From Alphaproteobacteria bacterium (lineage in GTDB: Bacteria > Pseudomonadota > Alphaproteobacteria > UBA828), in NCBI GenBank assembly GCA_965221125.1, contig CBDCRW010000002.1:1-64000 (forward strand): a stretch of DNA of 64,000 bases, written 5' to 3'. Below, in pieces: positions 61,098 through 64,000 of this stretch. A program made the translations under genes and the position numbers. Position 1 is the stretch's first letter. Each line of letters begins with the position of its first letter. The notes beneath the pieces were generated by a model. That model had not been told where the DNA came from, searched no databases, and was given only the letters and a program-made list of their open reading frames with translations.

Positions 61098-61608
61098 GAT
61101 GACCCCTCGCCAACCGAAATCCGAATCCCATCGCTAACCGATTCACCGTGGCCGATCCCTCGCGACACTCGACACACTCCTGAGCCCATGGACCGCGTCG
61201 CCCGCGCCGGTCGAGCACACTAACACGGGCACCGACTGGGGCGGCGACGGCAACAAAATGTGGAAGGGCTACGCGCCCATCGCCCTCAGCGCCAGCTCGG
61301 CCAGCTGCTCGTTGGTGCCACGCGACTGGCTATCCAACGGGATGGCGACGGCGTCGCCGGGCTCGACCGCGGACAGGCCGAACACCGTATCGAACGCCCG
61401 GATCCACTTCGCCTCGACCCGCTCCTACAACATGATGCCCTCCCCGCCGCAACGCTCCGACCCCAGCAACACGCCAAGCCGCGGACGGAGCCAACGGGGC
61501 AGGCGGCATGCCGGGCGTGTCAACCGCGCTGAGCCGGTTGGGGCTTCCGTTTCGCGCGGCCGATCTGTATCAGTCCACCGGACCGGACCAAACCGACAGG
61601 CCCCTGCC

Positions 61609-64000
61609 ATGTCCACGCCCGACTTCGATGCCTATCTCCGCGCGCTTCGCGAAATTCCGCTGGACGAACATACGGAATTTACTGGCCGGACGGCGCTGGA
61701 AACTCTGTTACGGGGCGTCGCCTCCCGGCAAACGGGCGGACGGATCGGAGTCCAGCAGGAACCCAAGAGAGAAGCCGGCAAGGGCGCACCGGATTTCAAG
61801 GTTTCGCGCCAGGGCATGATCCTCGGCTATGTCGAGACCAAGCCTGTCGGCGAAAATCTCGACCGGGTTCTGAAATCCGATCAATTGAAGAAATACGGGA
61901 GCCTTTCCGACAACATCCTGGTTACGGACTATCTGCATTTTGTATGGATAAACAAAGACGGCGTACAACGCGAAACGCTGTGCCACGCGACGGATCTCGA
62001 ATCTCCACAATTCAGGGCGCGGGAGGACCGAGCGGCAGAGGTCGCGCGATTGCTGAACGGGTTCTTTTCGACGGCCCCGCAGGGAATCGGCCGGTCGCAG
62101 ATTCTGGCTCAGGCGCTTGCCGTGCGCAGCCGATTGCTGCGGGACAGTCTCGGCGGGGAACTGGTCCGGCAAAGGAAAGATGACCAACGAGGCCGGTTAT
62201 ACGGGCTGTTTGAAGTCTTCCGCGATCAGGTCTTCCACGAACTGGAACTCCCGGAGTTTGCCGACGCCTTTGCACAGATGCTGGCCTACGGACTGTTTCT
62301 GGCAAGAATCAATTCTGGAACCGATGCCGTCACCTTGCAGAACGCCCGGCAATTCGTGCCGGGCTCGTTCCGCCTGATCCGGGAACTGGTCGAATTTCTG
62401 CCCGAACTGGAAGGCCCGGAATACCGAGATGTCCGCTGGGTGGTCGAGGAAATCCTGTCCATCGTCAACGGCCTCGACATGGCGGCGATCCATGACGACC
62501 TGTCGTTCCGGCAGCGCCGGGCGATCAGCAGGAATGTGCGCGCCGGGGATGAGGAAGAGCACCGGTTGTTCGAGCGCGACCCCTTCATCTACTTCTACGA
62601 GGACTATCTCAAGGCGTACGACGCAAGGACGCGCAAGAGCCGCGGCGTCTACTACACGCCGCCGCCGGTCGTGAACTTCATCGTCCGGGCCATCGACGAC
62701 ATCCTCAAGGACAGCTTCGGCATCGAGGACGGCCTCGCCGACCATAAACGGGTAACGGTACTCGACTTCGCCTGCGGCACCGGAACCTTCCTGCTGGAAG
62801 TCTTCGAGCGAATCTTCGACCAGATCGGCGGACCCGCAGCTGGCCGTGCCAACTTGATTGTCCGCGAGCATTTGCTCAAGAACATATTCGGGTTCGAATT
62901 TTTGATTGCGCCATACACCATCGCCCATCTGAAATTATCTCAATATCTAGGCGACAAGGGGCATTCTCTTGAAGACGGAGATCGGCTCAAGATCTTTCTT
63001 ACAAACACTCTGGAGCCGATCGCACCGCAGCCAAACCTGCTGCTTCCTGCGGTTACCGCGGAAGTAGAGGCTGCGCAAGAAATCAAAGAAAAACCTATCC
63101 TCGTCATTACCGGGAATCCACCCTACGCCGGACACTCAAAGAACAATGGCGAGTGGATCACTTCAAGAATCGAAGATTACAAGTTTGTCGACGGCAAACA
63201 CTTTGGAGAACGTAAACACTGGCTCCAGGATGACTACGTCAAGTTTATTCGTTTTGCGCAAGAAAAAATGAAAGATGTCCCTAGAGGTATCGTAGCATTG
63301 ATTTCAAATCATTCCTGGCTTTCCAGTCCGACTTTCCGCGGTATGCGACAATCATTACTGAACTCATTTCATCAGATACACGTTATAGATTTGCACGGCA
63401 GCACAAAGCCGAAAGAAACCCCTCCAGGTGGCGAACGAAACGAGAATGTGTTTGACATTATGAAGGGTGTGGCGATATCACTGTTCATTAAAGACGAAAA
63501 TTTGGAACGCGGCGTGTGGCACGGTGACATTTGGGGTCGTCGTCTCGAAAAATATCAATTTTGTGCCGCCGCAGACTACCGAACAGCAACCTCGGCTCGA
63601 ATAGAGCCAGAAACTCCGTATTATTTTCTTCGACCTCATAGCTCGGATGAAGTGTGGAAGGGATTTTTGTCACTGGAGGAAATTTTCATGCGACAAAGCG
63701 TTGGAATGTTGACCGCGAGAGACAAGTTCAATGTCGAGTTCAGTAAGTCCGAATTAATTCAGAAGTTGAACGAATTTGCAACACTTTCGCAGGAAAGAGC
63801 ACGTACGCGTTTTTCTCTAGGCCAAGACTCGAGAGATTGGAAAGTATCGTTGGCGCAAGATGATTTACGTTCTTCGGGTATCGAAGAAGGAAATTTAATT
63901 TCCGTTTTCTATCGACCATTTGATAACCGATTTGTATATTACACGGGAAAGTCCAAGGGGTTAATTGGTCAACCGGCAAAGGTTTTGTTTGACGCAATTG
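61609..64000 (+). CDS. Fused restriction endonuclease / N6-adenine methyltransferase (type IIG/ISP-like); runs off the window
   Basis: Translated by hand because it is absent from the ORF track: MSTPDFDAYL..., GAPDF...GYVETK, GVYYTP, LDFACGTGTF and GNPPY. Confidence 0.9.
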   Translation, partial: MSTPDFDAYLRALREIPLDEHTEFTGRTALETLLRGVASRQTGGRIGVQQEPKREAGKGAPDFKVSRQGMILGYVETKPVGENLDRVLKSDQLKKYGSLSDNILVTDYLHFVWINKDGVQRETLCHATDLESPQFRAREDRAAEVARLLNGFFSTAPQGIGRSQILAQALAVRSRLLRDSLGGELVRQRKDDQRGRLYGLFEVFRDQVFHELELPEFADAFAQMLAYGLFLARINSGTDAVTLQNARQFVPGSFRLIRELVEFLPELEGPEYRDVRWVVEEILSIVNGLDMAAIHDDLSFRQRRAISRNVRAGDEEEHRLFERDPFIYFYEDYLKAYDARTRKSRGVYYTPPPVVNFIVRAIDDILKDSFGIEDGLADHKRVTVLDFACGTGTFLLEVFERIFDQIGGPAAGRANLIVREHLLKNIFGFEFLIAPYTIAHLKLSQYLGDKGHSLEDGDRLKIFLTNTLEPIAPQPNLLLPAVTAEVEAAQEIKEKPILVITGNPPYAGHSKNNGEWITSRIEDYKFVDGKHFGERKHWLQDDYVKFIRFAQEKMKDVPRGIVALISNHSWLSSPTFRGMRQSLLNSFHQIHVIDLHGSTKPKETPPGGERNENVFDIMKGVAISLFIKDENLERGVWHGDIWGRRLEKYQFCAAADYRTATSARIEPETPYYFLRPHSSDEVWKGFLSLEEIFMRQSVGMLTARDKFNVEFSKSELIQKLNEFATLSQERARTRFSLGQDSRDWKVSLAQDDLRSSGIEEGNLISVFYRPFDNRFVYYTGKSKGLIGQPAKVLFDAI

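Noticed and set aside
61100-61600. Short ORFs between the IS1111 end and the RM gene
   Set aside because: No recognisable motifs or RBS; cannot support a call.

Overview
GC-rich bacterial DNA, probably alphaproteobacterial given the GAAC-N7-GAAC LexA box. Almost all of it is a decaying mobilisable element or ICE/plasmid backbone followed by a defence island. From left to right: (1) the 3' part of a Calx-beta/FN3 surface protein with an autotransporter-like barrel. (2) Two tandem arm-type tyrosine integrases between two truncated genes (DUF6499/FseA-like and ParB-like). (3) A long plus-strand leading-region array: GHKL ATPase, DUF6573, RadC, LexA-boxed SRAP, strawberry-notch helicase/methylase, secreted DUF1524 nuclease, SLOG, a DarG-like macrodomain read in frame into AlkB, ssb, TOPRIM and DUF2493. 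It is interrupted by cargo (GcvT-family dehydrogenase, HEPN, GIY-YIG pseudogene, orphan HicB). (4) A MOBF oriT and TrwC-type relaxase. (5) A lower-GC defence island: a nuclease-STAND gene split by a TGT...ACA transposon with a 5-bp target duplication, a 1295-aa SMC-type ATPase with C-terminal S24-like domains, IS remnants and a fused restriction-modification enzyme. The best novelty candidate is an 8.8-kb element (28362-37158) encoding three tyrosine recombinases, two small proteins, a RecD2-like helicase and its own ssb. It sits exactly at the Pro-Phe-stop codons of the resident ssb, has 12-bp inverted arms and mismatched 6-bp Pro-Phe cores at its two ends, and supplies ssb with a new stop codon and terminator. 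No rRNA, tRNA or CRISPR array was seen. All family assignments are motif recognition by eye, not database searches.
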